DNA of 64,000 nucleotides from Macrostomum lignano (taxonomy: Eukaryota): assembly GCA_002269645.1 (NCBI GenBank), contig NIVC01000245.1:248001-312000 (forward strand), in the 5' to 3' direction. The translations under genes and the position numbers were made by a program. Shown here in pieces: positions 11,925 through 51,773 of the stretch (the first letter of the stretch is position 1; each line of letters starts with the position of its first letter). Below the pieces are notes generated by a model. That model saw nothing but the letters and a program-made list of their open reading frames with translations. It was not told the origin of the DNA and ran no database searches.

Positions 11925-14270
11925 CCAAGATTGTGTCTGTAACACCAAAGAAAATGTTTTTTTCTTAGAATTCGTGTCTGTAAAATTCATGTGATAGTGT
12001 CTGTATCACCAATATGATCGTGTCTGTAACACCAATATGATCGTGTCTGTATCATCAATATGATCGTGTCTGTAACACCAATATGATCGTGTCTGTATCA
12101 CCAATATGATCGTGTCTGTATCACCAATATGATCGTGTCTGTATCACCAATATGATCGTGTCTGTATCACCAATATGATCGTGTCTGTATCACCAATATG
12201 ATCGTGTCTGTAACACCAATGTGATCGTGTCTGTAACACCAATGTGATTATGTCTGTAACGCCAATATGATCGTGTTTGTAAAACCAATATGATCGTGTC
12301 TGTAACACCAATATGATTGTGTCTGTAACACCAATATAATCGTGTCTGTAACACCAATATGATCGTGTTTGTAAAACCAATATGATCGTGTCTGTATCAC
12401 CAATATGATCGTGTCTGTAACACCAATATGATCATGTCTGTAACACCAATGTGATCGTGTCTGTAACACCAATGTGATTATGTCTGTAACACCAATATGA
12501 TCGTGTTTGTAAAACCAATATGATCGTGTCTGTAACACCAATATGATTGTGTCTGTATCACCAATATAATCGTGTCTGTAACACCAATATGATCGTGTTT
12601 GTAAAACCAATATGATCGTGTCTGTATCACCAATATGATCGTGTCTGTAACACCAATATGATCATGTCTGTAACACCAATGTGATCGTGTCTGTAACACC
12701 AATGTGATTATGTCTGTAACACCAATATGATCGTGTTTGTAAAACCAATATGATCGTGTCTGTAACACCAATATGATTGTGTCTGTAACACCAATATGAT
12801 CGTGTCTGTAACACCAATGTGATTATGTCTGTAACACCAATATGATCGTGTCTGTATCACCAATATGATCGTGTCTGTAACACCAATATGATAGTGTCTG
12901 TAACACCAATATGATCGTGTCTGTAACACCAATATGATCGTGTCTGTAACACCAATATGATCATGTCTGTATCACCAATATGATCGTGTCTGTAACACCA
13001 ATATGATCGTGTCTGTAACATCCATTGTGATCGTGTCTGTAACACCAATGTGATTATGTCTGTAACACCAATATGATCGTGTTTGTAAAACCAATATGAT
13101 CGTGTCTGTAACACCAATATGATTGTGTCTGTAACACCAATATGATCGTGTCTGTAACACAAATGTGATCGTGTCTGTAACACCAATATGATCATGTCTG
13201 TATCACCAATATGATCGTGTCTGTAACACCAATATGATCGTGTCTGTATCACCAATATGATCGTGTCTGTAACACCAATATGATAGTGTCTGTAACACCA
13301 ATATTATCGTGTCTGTAACACCAATATGATCGTGTCTGTAACACCAATATGATCGTGTCTGTAACACCAATATGATCGTGTCTGTATCACCAATATGATC
13401 GTGTCTGTAACACCAATGTGATTATGTCTGTAACACCAATATGATCGTGTCTGTATCACCAATATGATCGTGTCTGTAACACCAATATGATAGTGTCTGT
13501 AACACCAATATGATCATGTCTGTATCACCAATATGATCGTGTCTGTAACACCAATATGATCGTGTCTGTAACATCCATTGTGATCGTGTCTGTAACACCA
13601 ATGTGATTATGTCTGTAACACCAATATGATCGTGTTTGTAAAACCAATATGATCGTGTCTGTAACACCAATATGATTGTGTCTGTAACACCAATATGATC
13701 GTGTCTGTAACACAAATGTGATCGTGTCTGTAACACCAATATGATCATGTCTGTATCACCAATATGATCGTGTCTGTAACACCAATATGATCGTGTCTGT
13801 ATCACCAATATGATCGTGTCTGTAACACCAATATGATAGTGTCTGTAACACCAATATTATCGTGTCTGTAACACCAATATGATCGTGTCTGTAACACCAA
13901 TATGATCGTGTCTGTAACACCAATATGATCGTGTCTGTATCACCAATATGATCGTGTCTGTAACACCAATATGATCGTGTCTGTATCACCAATATGATCG
14001 TGTCTGTATCACCAATATGATTGTGTCTGTAACACCAATATGATCGTGTCTGTAACACCAATGTGATCGTGTTTGTAACACAAATGTGATCGGGTCTGTA
14101 AGATCACTATGATCGTGTCTGTAGCACCAATATGATCGTGTCTGTAACACAAATGTGATCGTGTCTGTAACACCAATATGATCGTGTCTGTAACACCAAT
14201 ATGATCGTGTCTGTAACATCCATTGTAATCGTGCCTGTAACACTAATAATTGTGTCTGTAACACCAAAAT
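11925..14270 (+). repeat. 23-bp satellite (TGTCTGTAACACCAATATGATCG)n with higher-order repeats
   Basis: About 100 units. Variant patterns recur at a 230-bp period and a block of about 553-565 bp is duplicated. Confidence 0.95.
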
Positions 14271-14903
14271 TGAGTCTATACTACTAAGATCGTGCTTTTA
14301 ACGTCAAACAAAAGTGACGTACATTTCAAAGCTGAAAATCGTGTGACAGACAGACTCAGGCTGTTGTATCGCTGATGGCTCGGGCCAATACACTACATTA
14401 GTGACCCATGTTTAGTGTGTGATATAGTTTGTTTATAAATTCATACACAAAAGGTCTCTAGTTGTCATTCATGAATAAGTTTCTCCCATGGTAAAGATGA
14501 TGAGACATGATACGACATTAAAGCTAGACCTAGCCCTATGGAGCCGCTATCCAACAGAATCAACAACTGTCCCATTTGAGGCTGAGAGCCAATCAAGGAA
14601 CCGGGTACAGAGCCCACAGCCCACAGAAGCCACTAGCATGCGTCTCATTCAAGCAACTCAACAATTTCTCATATAAAAAAGCAACAAATAGCGTGCTAGC
14701 TTATAGCTTACCAAGGCATTGCCAGTTTCCCTGTCGCAGGATTGTTAATAATTCAATTCTAAAAAAGCTTTCTGGTTGGCAGATAGACCGACAGACGGTG
14801 AGAGAGGGACAACAAGTAATCTACCGCTTTAGAAGTGTCTGCCAGAGCGCCACCATAATTGTTCTTTTAACGAGGACTGCTTTACGTCGCCCTGCTAAAC
14901 AGA

Positions 14904-40576
<25,673 letters not shown>

Positions 40577-40669
40577 TTTTGCGTTTGCTTTTCTTTGTCT
40601 GATGATTTGCAAGAAAATTTACTCGCGATTCGTCTGGGTACTTTTAGGATTGTGGGTTGTGAATGGTAA

Positions 40670-40915
40670 AAGGTAGATGGTAGACGGTAGTTGGTAGACG
40701 GTAGATGGTAGACGGTAGATGATAGATGCTAGATTGTAGACGGTAGAAGGTAGATGGTAGACGGTAGTTGGTAGACGGTAGATGGTAGACGGTACATGAT
40801 AGATGCTAGATTGTAGACGGTAGAAGGTAGATGGTAGACGGTAGATAGTAGACGGTAGACGGTAGATGGTAGACGGGTAGACGGTAGACAGTAGATGTTA
40901 GACGGTAAACGGTGC
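40670..40915 (+). repeat. 7-bp repeat (GGTAGAY)n
   Basis: Read directly from the sequence. Confidence 0.85.
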
Positions 40916-41008
40916 ATGACTCTTAGAGAATAAGGATCATTTGACACCCCTACGCGCCACAACGTATTACTGAATACCTCAATGAAACATTTCATTTTAC
41001 CTCCACAG

Positions 41009-41334
41009 GCGTCGCGGTTTTAATCGCAAACGCACCGGCTGACCCGGAACTGAACAACAGTTCACCAACATCGCCGCAGCCTGCGTCAAGGTCACCAGCA
41101 GCGCGTGAACACGCGACAGCGGTGGCGGCAACGGCGCCCGCATCGGAAGAAAATGGCATCAAGGAGCCGCCAGTCTGGCTGACCGTCGAGCAGTTAAACC
41201 GGCTGGAGAAGGCGCGCAAATCGGCGCCGAGTCAGCCGTGCAGCAGCTGCGGATGCGAGGACCACCAGGCTGAGGACTGCCAACTGCCCGGGGAGATATT
41301 CGCCAACCCCAACGTCAGGGAGACGGCGCTCTGA
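41009..41334 (+). CDS. Probable alternative or true terminal exon of the mGluR, ending in PDZ-ligand-like ETAL
   Basis: Strong acceptor ttttacctccacag at 41008, with an open frame in phase 1 to the stop at 41334. A phase-1 GC donor (ATG|GCGAGT) at 40440 gives an in-frame 1046-aa protein. Confidence 0.55.
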
Positions 41335-42521
41335 GTCGGACTAAAGAGACCTAAAAATGCGGAAGCATCCTCTGAGATGTTCATCTTCTGCATGCAATAA
41401 AGACGTGCGCTCGTACTTGTTTGTTGTCTTCCAGCGTTGTCGTACGGTACTGAAATGTAGATAAATATATGTGACAGGCTGGTATTATACTGATCGCTTC
41501 TCTGCCCGTCTGTTCCGGCATCTGTAATACTAAACAGTTTATGACTTGCTTTGTTTTGTCTGATTGTCTGTCTGTTTGTCTCGGTATTTCTCTGTCTGTC
41601 TGTCTGTCTGTTCTGTCTGGTTGTCTGTCCGTCATCTGTCTTAGAATCGTCTGACTGCTTGTTGTGAGCATCGAAATATGCCCCAAATCAAGATTCGATC
41701 TCGCGAGAGCGATTTCGCACTTTACGAGTATATAAGAATTTTTTTCATTCTTTTTAACTACTTGTAGTTAGTAGTTAGCTCCCGTGCCTCTTATTCACTC
41801 TTTCACCTTTTTTCATTCATTCGCTCTCACAATCAGTTTGTCGAACGGTCACAAAGGCGGTGCTTTTTCTTTGCAGTGCTGAGACAGCATAAACTAATTT
41901 AGCTAAGTGCAGAGGGTCGGACATTATGCATGTGTAATAGAATCGGTATGACCGTCTCTTAGCATAATAATGAATTCTGAGAATGTCAGAGGGGTTACCG
42001 AATGAATAGATTAACCGGAAAGCATAGGGGAAAAAGCAGACAGTCGGAAAGGTCTTTTCCAAGCCTGTTGCAATGCAGATAATGCTACGTTAATGTTGTT
42101 ATACGTATGGTACGGCATTAAACCCTTCAACCTACAGGCACGCACGCAGACAATTTTTGGTGCAGATTCGGTATCAAGGAAAAATCATCCTGGAATTTCA
42201 CTTATTTTTAAGCTTGGCATTCAGTCAGAAGCTACGTTTTCTCGCGCTTTCAGTGGCTCAGATCTTCTTTAGCCGACGTAAAACAGTTGAAGGCGACCTA
42301 CCGAAGTTGTTCGCAACTGTTTTAAGACTGCAACCTGTTTTCAATATTCCGACTGATTGTCATCTTTCCGCGTCTATCATCTGCATATGAAGAATTCTCA
42401 CTGCTGCATAATTCTATCTGATAGCTATCAGGTCATGGTCAGTCCATAGTGAACGTCCTGCCACTTGCAAAAGGAGACAGACAGTCAACGCCCTTCCTTT
42501 CGCCCCATTTTAACCGTAGAC

Positions 42522-42887
42522 CATGAGTCGGCAAACCTTTTTACCTTAAGGGCCAAAAGCCCTTGATACAACTCGTAGTGAACCTAAAGAATGACTGCGG
42601 GCCGGTGGAGGGGAGAAAGTCGATAGAATAAAGGAGAAGAGAGGAGTGGCGAGAAGAGGAGAGAAGAGACGAGAGAGATAAGGAGATGAGAAGATTGGAG
42701 AGGAGAGACGAGAGACGAGAGAGGAAAGAAAGAGAGTAAGGTAGAGATTAGATAGAAGAGCGATGAGAATAGATGCAAACATTGAGCGGGCCAGATTGCC
42801 ATTGTGAACTTTCAAAGGACCTGAGGGCCGGATAGAGAGGCTCTGCGGTCCGCATGTGGCCTAAGGGCCGGAGTTTGCCAACCCCTG
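42522..42887. mobile_element. Non-autonomous hAT (Charlie-like) MITE, 366 bp, with a GA-rich interior
   Basis: Imperfect TIRs CATGAGTCGGCAAAC and GTTTGCCAACCCCTG. 8-bp target duplication CCGTAGAC / CCATAGAC (7 of 8 match). Internal GGGCCG motifs. Confidence 0.75.
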
Positions 42888-43409
42888 CCATAGACTATGC
42901 GTTTTTAGTCTTCTAAGCAAGTAGATGTTCGTAGTATGCTAGTTAACTTTACACAGGCCTACTGGATATACTAGCTAGAAAGCAAGTCAGGTGAGTCAAC
43001 GCCTATGAAATTTGAAACCTATCTGTTAAGTAAAGAAGTATTGGCAGGTGCTTTGACACCTCACGCTCGCTCTGAAGAAATGACACGCGACAGGGCACTA
43101 TTCTAGTCTGGTTTTCTTTTGCACTCCGAGCTTCAATTATTACCTGATCAGGTGCTTGTCACCACTTGGATTTGCCAAACTACAGTACATTTGAATCGAG
43201 CTAGCTAAGGTTCACGACGGAGTAATTAACTTCGCGTGCGGCAACAAACTCGTGATGCATGCAAATACTCGTGTGCCATTCGGATGGCAACTCAATTTGA
43301 TGCAGAGCCACTGAATGGCTTTGGGGTTTGAGCTGAGCATAAGAAGCCCATGCACCTCCTCTGTCACCCCGCCTTTAGCTGCTAATGAGCGAAATGGAAT
43401 GCTTTGTGT

Positions 43410-43635
<226 letters not shown>

Positions 43636-44514
43636 GTCATTACGAGCTAATATCTTAGTTTTGGTTCTTCAGTCCATACGATCCTGGAGCGACACACAGA
43701 AGTATCGTTATTTTCTAAACTTCATTTTCTTTCGAAACGATTCTAAAACAGGATGGAAAGTTTTTTGTAAAATAAAGCTTTTTTCAACTATAGAATCTAC
43801 CCAACCGTGAGTCAACCCGCACTCGAACCAAAGCGGGCCAAGAGGTAAGTCATCGTCTACGCCCAGTTTAAAGTCCTCTCAAGTCTCTTAGCCCTCGCCA
43901 GCCACAGAGCAGACGACTCACCCCCCCCCCCCACCTCAGTCATGCCTCACCCGCCTCATCAGTACAATTAGCTACACCAAGCAACGCTTTTTGAGCAGAC
44001 AAGCCCGGCTGTACGAGCGTATCCAGTTTTAGACCGGATTAGAGCGAGCGATGTGAAAAAAATGATGACGCGCTATAAAGATGCCTGTGTGCACGGTGGG
44101 GCTGGATGGGGAGGACGCAGTGCGGGGAGAGAAACTGCATGTGTGACGCTTTCATAAAGGTCTTGGGCTAACACTCTGCCTGTATCTATGCCAGTTGACT
44201 GACTGCTCTGGGAAGGAAGAGAGAGAATGAGAGCTGTGAGGAACAAGCATTCATTCTATAGAGGGACCAAATGCGGAGGGCGCATACGTCCAACCTCTCT
44301 GCTGAGGACGAGGAAGGCCTGAGTAGCCGCTATTTTTTATTTCAACAATGGAAGCTCAGTCCTATTGTGTGTCGCTGGCTGTATTTTTCATCATCAGGGA
44401 ACCCTCTTCTCCCAGTATTGCTAGTGTTATTTTTATTAATGTTATCAATGCTCTTCCATACCTTCTCTGAGAATCTGTTTAACAAAAATTGTAACAAGTC
44501 TTCATAGAGAGCAG

Positions 44515-44935
<421 letters not shown>

Positions 44936-46352
44936 GCTTTGGTTAGAGTTTTAGCCAACGTGGTGCGTAAGCTTGTGCGCGAAAATTTCTGTATTGAAAC
45001 CTAAAAACAGAAAGGTAGAGTGACAGATTGATTAATGGATGGTCGCAGTGTTGCATATTCAAGTATAATTGTAGTGACAGATTGGCGCATCGAGTGACAT
45101 GGAGTGATAGATGGAGTGACAGATTGATTTATGGATGGTGGCAGTATGACAGATTGATTAACCGATGGAGAGAAACAGAGAGTGAAAAATATTAAAAATA
45201 CATACAGTGACAGACCGACAAACGAGCTAAAAAGAAATTCATGACAAATACGGACAAATTCCTATTAAAACAGAGAGCGAGAAGGATGGAGCAGGCGGAG
45301 ACAGAGGCTGCACACGCAGCGGGGAAGGCAGAGAGTCGCAGGTGACACTGCTTCTGAGCGAGGGCGATTAACCAACCAAACCCTTCGCTATAACACGCGC
45401 GGCCCTGCCTGAACTGAAGACTTTAGTGCAGCCCGAGAAACATACCCTGCAAACGTACGCTTTTGAATCAGTCGACCCCTTCCCCTATACTCTTCTCTCC
45501 CCTCTGAGCATGCAGAGGCTCATCTGCTTCCCCCATAGCTACAATTCCCTCACCCTGAACCGGTCCCCCTGCCTCTCTTACCGTCCTACACGTTTGCCAT
45601 TTGCCCATTGTAAAATCCTGCTGGCACTTCTTCCGGGTTCGGGCTCATAAATACGGTCTGAGCTTGAAGTAACTTGTGGACCAACTGGTTCTCTCTGAAC
45701 TGCTATTGAACAAGTCAAATTGCAACGCATTCAAAAACTGAAATCGCGCCCAAGGCCATGCGTCTACAGGGCCTCCAGTGCCTTCGTTGAACTTTAGATA
45801 GTTTTCCTATTTTTTTCTGCAACAAATTAAGTCCTGTAGCTCAAATTCGCTTCGTTCGTCACTGCTTATTTCGTCCTAACAACAGAGAAGTACTACCCTG
45901 GGTCTTCCTCTTACTTCTCTCGTCTGTTTACTTTCTATCAATTTTTCTTTATACTTTCTTAATTTTCGCAGAAGACTCAAAAGAGTTTTGTTTCTTTTTC
46001 TTTTTCGTTTCTGCCTTTTCTTATACAAAATTCGGTTCTCACTTTTCTTACCTGCGCTTAGAATATTTGCTTTATTATCACTCAGAACCAGCTGTGCTGA
46101 TTACTGCTTTCAGTTCATCTTCAATACATCGTTCACAGTTTCTCACAGTGAGGGAGCAGACCTAAACTTCATTTATCTTGAGTAGTCATTCCTACCCACT
46201 GAGCCAGCCTTGGACAGCCAAAGAGAAAGTAATTTATTTTGTGTATAAAAGCGAGACAAAACAGCCAGTCTTCTGCTAATCTGCTTCTAAAAGAAGAAGA
46301 AACCAGACTAAGAACAGGAGACAAGGAACAGGATTAAAGAAATTAAAAGACA

Positions 46353-46799
46353 ATGACGGCAGTTTTGTGCGGTTGCTTCGGCCGTAGGAGCCGATTTTCG
46401 CCCGGCGGTGCTTCGGAGCGTTCAAGACGACGACAGAATTCGCGGCGGCCGATGACCCTCATCGACGAGGACCTGATGCGCCAGGAACCGACTGTGGAGG
46501 TCCGACTGGAAAAGGATAACCAGCAGCAGCAACAACAGAAGCTGGCTGCTTCCGCCGCAGTCAAATCAATGTCACTGCCATCTCGTCTGGTGGACACTGG
46601 AGCCGGCGGCTATGAAGCTTCTGCAGGCACCACGTTAGATCAGCATCAACCGCAGCAGCAGCAGCAGCAGCCAACTAACGAAACTGCAGCTGTTGCTGAA
46701 GATCCGCAGCACCAAGTTCTTCAGCAGTCATCGACAGAAATTTTCAAGCCGACTGAACTGCCTCTGAATCTCAACGCGTTAAATGCTTTCGCTATGGAG
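46353..46799 (+). CDS. Initiating coding exon (149 aa, Gln-rich), probably the N-terminal extension of the ankyrin
   Basis: ATG with an in-frame stop just upstream, GC-rich coding-like sequence and a strong phase-0 donor GAG|GTGAGT. The phase is compatible with the ankyrin exon at 59056. The link to ankyrin is inferred. Confidence 0.6.
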
Positions 46800-46832
46800 G
46801 TGAGTGGATCTTTTGTGGTGCTCACTTTCGCT

Positions 46833-47330
46833 GTCTAACAGGTGACTCCTCTGTGTCTAACAGGTGACTCCTCTGTGTCTAACAGGTGACTCCTCCGTGT
46901 CTAACAGGTGACTCATCTGTGTCTAACAGGTGACTCCTCTGTGTCTAACAGGTGACTCCTCCGTGTCTAACAGGGGACTCATCTGTGTCTAACAGGTGAC
47001 TCATCTGTGTCTAACAGGTGACTCCTCCGTGTCTAACAGGTGACTCATCTGTGTCTAACAGGTGACTCCTCCGTGTCTAACAGGTGACTCCTCTGTGTCT
47101 AACAGGTGACTCCTCTGTGTCTAACAGGTGACTCATCTGTGTCTAACAGGTGACTCCTCTGTGTCTAACAGGTGACTCCTCCGTGTCTAACAGGTGACTC
47201 CCCTGTGTCTAACAGGTGACTCATCTGTGTCTAACAGGTGACTCCTCTGTGTCTAACAGGTGAGTCCTCTGTGTCTAGCAGGTGACTCCTCTGTGTCTAA
47301 CAGGTGACTCCTCTGTGTCTAGCAGGTGAT
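46833..47330 (-). repeat. 22-bp minisatellite (TCTAACAGGTGACTCCTCTGTG)n
   Basis: Reverse complement of the unit at 33822-34295. Confidence 0.93.
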
Positions 47331-48294
47331 TAACCTTGGGCTAAAAACAAAGTTGCAATTTAAAAACTAACAGGACCTTAGGTAAGTATCCGGATTCGAA
47401 AAGAACCATGCAAACTGTAGCAGAGTGCTTTTATGCAGTTTTGCATTTTTGGAACCTCGCATCGCTAAACTAATTAGCAAATTAAAAAACACACAGCCGA
47501 GCGAGCCAAGGCCACTAGAGCAATCTAAACCCATCTAAAACTAATTTAGGCCAAAAATTGACTTCATTTTTTCATTTATCATTTTTATGTTTTACTAAAT
47601 CAATTTGAATTATTGATTTCATTGTCAGAGGTGACAACACATTTCTGCGGGTATTTTGTAATTCAATTTCAATGTCACGCAATCCGTCAGCAGATATTTT
47701 TTGTTGTCACGTTAGCTCCGATTTTTTCGCTCTACTAATTCTATTTCTCCTACTCATGAGTAGTGTAGTTTGGATATTCCATTAAAATTATCAATTGAAT
47801 TTTTACTACCCTCATTATTAACGACGACGCGCGAATACAAATCACGGCGAAATGGAGATTTCGCTTTGAGTTAAACAGAGCGTGAGATTGAAGCAGTGGC
47901 AAGGTCAATGGAATTCTGACTGACATTGGGAGAGAGTTTGCTGGAAGCGCCACTTTAAGCTCTACAAGGACACTAGAAAATGAGTCACTTTGCAACCCGA
48001 GTTTACAACTTCTACATTCCCATTTTTCGCTACTCAAAGTAGGTTAAATTAGCATTGCATATATGAGAGCAAAATTGGACTTGGGATATGGGCTAAGTAG
48101 CATTCGCAGACTAAAGCAAAATCGACAATATTCCTACCAAACTCTGGGTTGCAATTTCTGGGCCAACCATATTAACGCCTGACTGATTTCCCAGTCCCGG
48201 AATCTGGGTGCCCTGTTTTAGCGACAGCACAACTGCTCCATTTAATTATTTATAATAGAATATTGCCGAGAGCAATATGGCTGCATTTTAGTCA

Positions 48295-48705
48295 TCCACT
48301 TTCTCCCCTCCCCACTCTACCTCTCCTAACTCTTTATCTTCCCACTCTCCCCTCCCCACTCTACCCTTCTCCACTCTACCTTTCCCCACTCTCCCTCTCC
48401 CCCTCTCCCCACTCCCTCTCCCCCTCTCCCCACTCTCTCTCTGCCCCCTCTCCCCACTCTCCCTCTCCCTACTCTCACCACTCTCTCTCTCCCTACTCTC
48501 CCCACTCTCTCTCTCCTCCTCTCCCCACTCTCGCCCCACTCTCCCTCCCCCCCACTCTCCCCACTCTCCCTCTCCCCACTCTCCTCCCCCCACTCTCATC
48601 ACTCTCCCTCTCCCCACTCTCTCTCTCTCCCTCCTCTCCCCACTCTCTCCCCACTCTCCCTCCCCCCACTCTCATCACTCTCCCTCTCCCCACTCTCCTT
48701 CTCAC
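48295..48705 (+). repeat. Degenerate polypyrimidine repeat (CCCCACTCTC-like)
   Basis: Read directly from the sequence. Confidence 0.8.
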
Positions 48706-48977
48706 TAAGCTATAAACTGCAGTGCTAAGCTTCCCAATGCAGACAGCTCTCATCCCATTGGATAAGGCACTCGCTGGCCTTGTTTCACTACTAGGGAATC
48801 AGGATTCCTGCATTCGAAATCAACGTTGGTACTCCTAGGGTCGCAGCTGTTTTAGCTGCCAGCAAAAGTGGAGATTGAAATTCCACACGAAGGCAAAAAT
48901 CTGTTGCCGCATAACAGGGCAAAGTCAATAAACTGACATTGCCAAAAAATAGCTCAAAAACATGAGTATTTAGCTAG

Positions 48978-49136
48978 AAAACTGCATCAATGGAGCTTGA
49001 AAATCACGAATTCGGCACTGGCTCAGCATTTGAGTTGGACGAGCAGGGCTTCAACAGGCAGGACAGTCAGTTAAGTTTGCTGTTGTCCGCTGGAAGAATT
49101 GTGGCCTCACAGACTATTGGCGATCTGAAGGCTGAG
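48978..49136 (+). CDS. Candidate exon (internal from 48978, or initiating at ATG 48990) upstream of ankyrin
   Basis: Open frame (K)TASMELENHEFG...DLKAE ending in a phase-0 donor GAG|GTGAGG. No homology recognised. Confidence 0.35.
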
Positions 49137-49189
49137 GTGAGGCATCGGTCTCTGGTGCTTTTAGGATGGGGAGGGGAGGATAGAGGAAA

Positions 49190-50300
49190 GAGGGAGAGAG
49201 AGAGAGGGTGAGAGGGAGGGTGAGAGAGCGAGAGGGAGGGTGACAAAGATTGTGAGCGAGAGGGTGATAGAGAGGGTGAGAGAGAGGTTGAGAGAGAGGG
49301 TAAGAGAGAGGGTGAGAGAGAGGGTAAGAGAGAGGGTGAGAGAGAGGGTGAGAGAGAGGTTGAGAGAGAGAGGGTGAGAGAGAGGGTGAGAGAGGGTGAG
49401 AGAGAGGTTAAGAGAGACGATGAGAGAGAGGGTGAGAGAGAGGGGGTGAGAGAGAGGGTGAGAGAGAGGGTGAGAGAGAGGTTGAGAGAGAGAGGGTGAG
49501 AGAGAGGGTGAGAGAGGGTGAGAGAGAGGTTAAGAGAGACGATGAGAGAGAGGGTGAGAGAGAGGGGGTGAGAGAGAGGGTGAGAGAGAGGGTGAGAGAG
49601 AGGGTGAGAGAGGTTAAGAGAGACGATGAGAGAGAGGGTGAGAGAGGGTGAGAGAGAGGTTAAGAGAGACGATGAGAGAGAGGGTGAGAGAGAGGGGGTG
49701 AGAGAGAGGGTGAGAGAGAGGGTGAGAGAGAGGGTGAGAGAGGTTAAGAGAGACGATGAGAGAGAGGGTGAGAGAGAGGGTGAAAGAGAGGGTGATAGAG
49801 AGGATGAGAGAGAGGGTAAGAGAGAGGGTGAGAGAGAGGGTGAGAGAGAGGTTGAGAGAGAGAGGGTGAGAGAGAGGGTGAGAGAGAGGGTGAGAGAGAG
49901 GTTGAGAGAGAGAGGGTGAGAGAGAGGGTGAGAGAGAGGGTGAGAGAGAGGGTGAGAGAGACGATGAGAGAGAGGGTGAGAGAGAGGGTGAGAGAGGGTG
50001 AGAGAGAGGTTAAGAGAGACGATGAGAGAGAGGGTGAGAGAGAGGGGGTGAGAGAGAGGGTGAGAGAGAGGGTGAGAGAGAGGTTGAGAGAGACGATGAG
50101 AGAGAGGGTGAGAGAGAGGGTGAGAGAGGGTGAGAGAGAGGTTAAGAGAGACGATGAGAGAGAGGGTGAGAGAGAGGGGGGTGAGAGAGAGGGTGAGAGA
50201 GTTTGAGAGAGAGGTTGAGAGAGAGAGGGTGAGATAGACAGTAAGAGAGAGGGTGAGAGAGGGAGAAGAGGGAGTGAGGATGAGAGAGGATTAGGAGAGA
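49190..50300 (+). repeat. Polypurine 12-bp repeat (GAGAGAGGGTGA)n with larger duplicated blocks
   Basis: Read directly from the sequence. Confidence 0.92.
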
Positions 50301-50874
50301 AAAGACAGCCAAGCAAGACAAATGATCATTCATTTTTTAGCACAAATTCAGCACAAACACGCGGAAAGCAAAGACGAAATGATAAAGAATTTACTCAATC
50401 GAGTGCCGCCAGTTTCTACCCAAGCCCCGAACCGCTCCGCTCTAATCTCAGTCTAGAAAGTCCACCCTAAAGCCCCAAGAATTAGAAAGTAATTTAGGAA
50501 GAATTTCGGCTACGACAGGGGAGAAGAGATCGAAACAGGAGCAGAAAAGTAGCCGGTTGAGCTTGAATTGAATCAGTTTGGCCGGGGCCAAAGCCGGGGC
50601 TCGCTGTTGGACTTGGGTTGGCATCGATTTTTGACTCCGGCTTAAATCCCCAGATACCGCCTTGCTCTGTACGAAACTGATAGATACAGAGGTTGATCCT
50701 ATATGATACTTCACTGTCTGGAAGATTAAATTGCGCACGAATAATTGAGTTACACTTGCTTCTTGTACACTGGATTCCCGATGCACTGATTTCGTATTCG
50801 ACACTGTATTTGAATCTCAACTGCATCTACCTGTCTGCGATTATCATACCGGGTACTGGCTGTCTCTTAAAGTG

Positions 50875-50896
50875 CCTGTCTGTCTGTCTGTCTGCC

Positions 50897-50957
<61 letters not shown>

Positions 50958-50960
50958 GCC

Positions 50961-51017
<57 letters not shown>

Positions 51018-51018
51018 T

Positions 51019-51069
<51 letters not shown>

Positions 51070-51088
51070 GCCTGTCTGTCTGTCTTAG

Positions 51089-51165
<77 letters not shown>

Positions 51166-51191
51166 GCCTGTCTGTCTGTCTGTCTGTCTCG

Positions 51192-51228
<37 letters not shown>

Positions 51229-51260
51229 TAGTGTCTGTCTGTCTTGTGTCTGTCTGTCCT

Positions 51261-51329
<69 letters not shown>

Positions 51330-51349
51330 ATGTCTGTCTGTCTGTCTCG

Positions 51350-51398
<49 letters not shown>

Positions 51399-51405
51399 TT
51401 CTGTC
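50875..51405 (+). repeat. (TCTG)n microsatellite
   Basis: Read directly from the sequence. Confidence 0.95.
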
Positions 51406-51581
51406 GGATCTGATTTTCCCTCCCCATCGATATGTCTGTCTATCGATGTGTCTGCCTGTCTGTCTGCCAATAGGTCTATAATTTCCCGCCAGCAGCCTTC
51501 CCAAAGTGTCCCCCAGCCAGGACAAGTGTGCATCTCAGTAATAGAATTTGCCTGTCTGAGGTTGGAGGGCGGCTCCAACAG

Positions 51582-51773
51582 GAGGGGGCGGCACCCCAGG
51601 AAGGAAGGAAAGTCAAGAACTCGTCGACGCCCTGCAAAGTGAAATTCCTTAATGAGCAGCCTGCGTCTCGGGGACTCTCTCCAGATCCGAGTGGATCTCG
51701 AATAAAAAAATCGATAAACAGACTGGACTGGAAAACAGAAGTGAATTGGGAAGGATTTCCTCTCACAAAGTGA
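51582..51773 (+). CDS. Candidate exon (internal 51582-51769, or terminal to the stop at 51773)
   Basis: Phase-0 acceptor ctccaacag, open frame EGAAPQEGRK...FPLTK, and a possible phase-2 donor AA|GTGAGC. Confidence 0.25.
   Translation, partial: EGAAPQEGRKVKNSSTPCKVKFLNEQPASRGLSPDPSGSRIKKSINRLDWKTEVNWEGFPLTK

Noticed and set aside
11925-14270. CRISPR-like regular repeats and many short repeated ORFs
   Set aside because: Monomers are directly adjacent with no unique spacers, there are no cas genes, and the context is eukaryotic.
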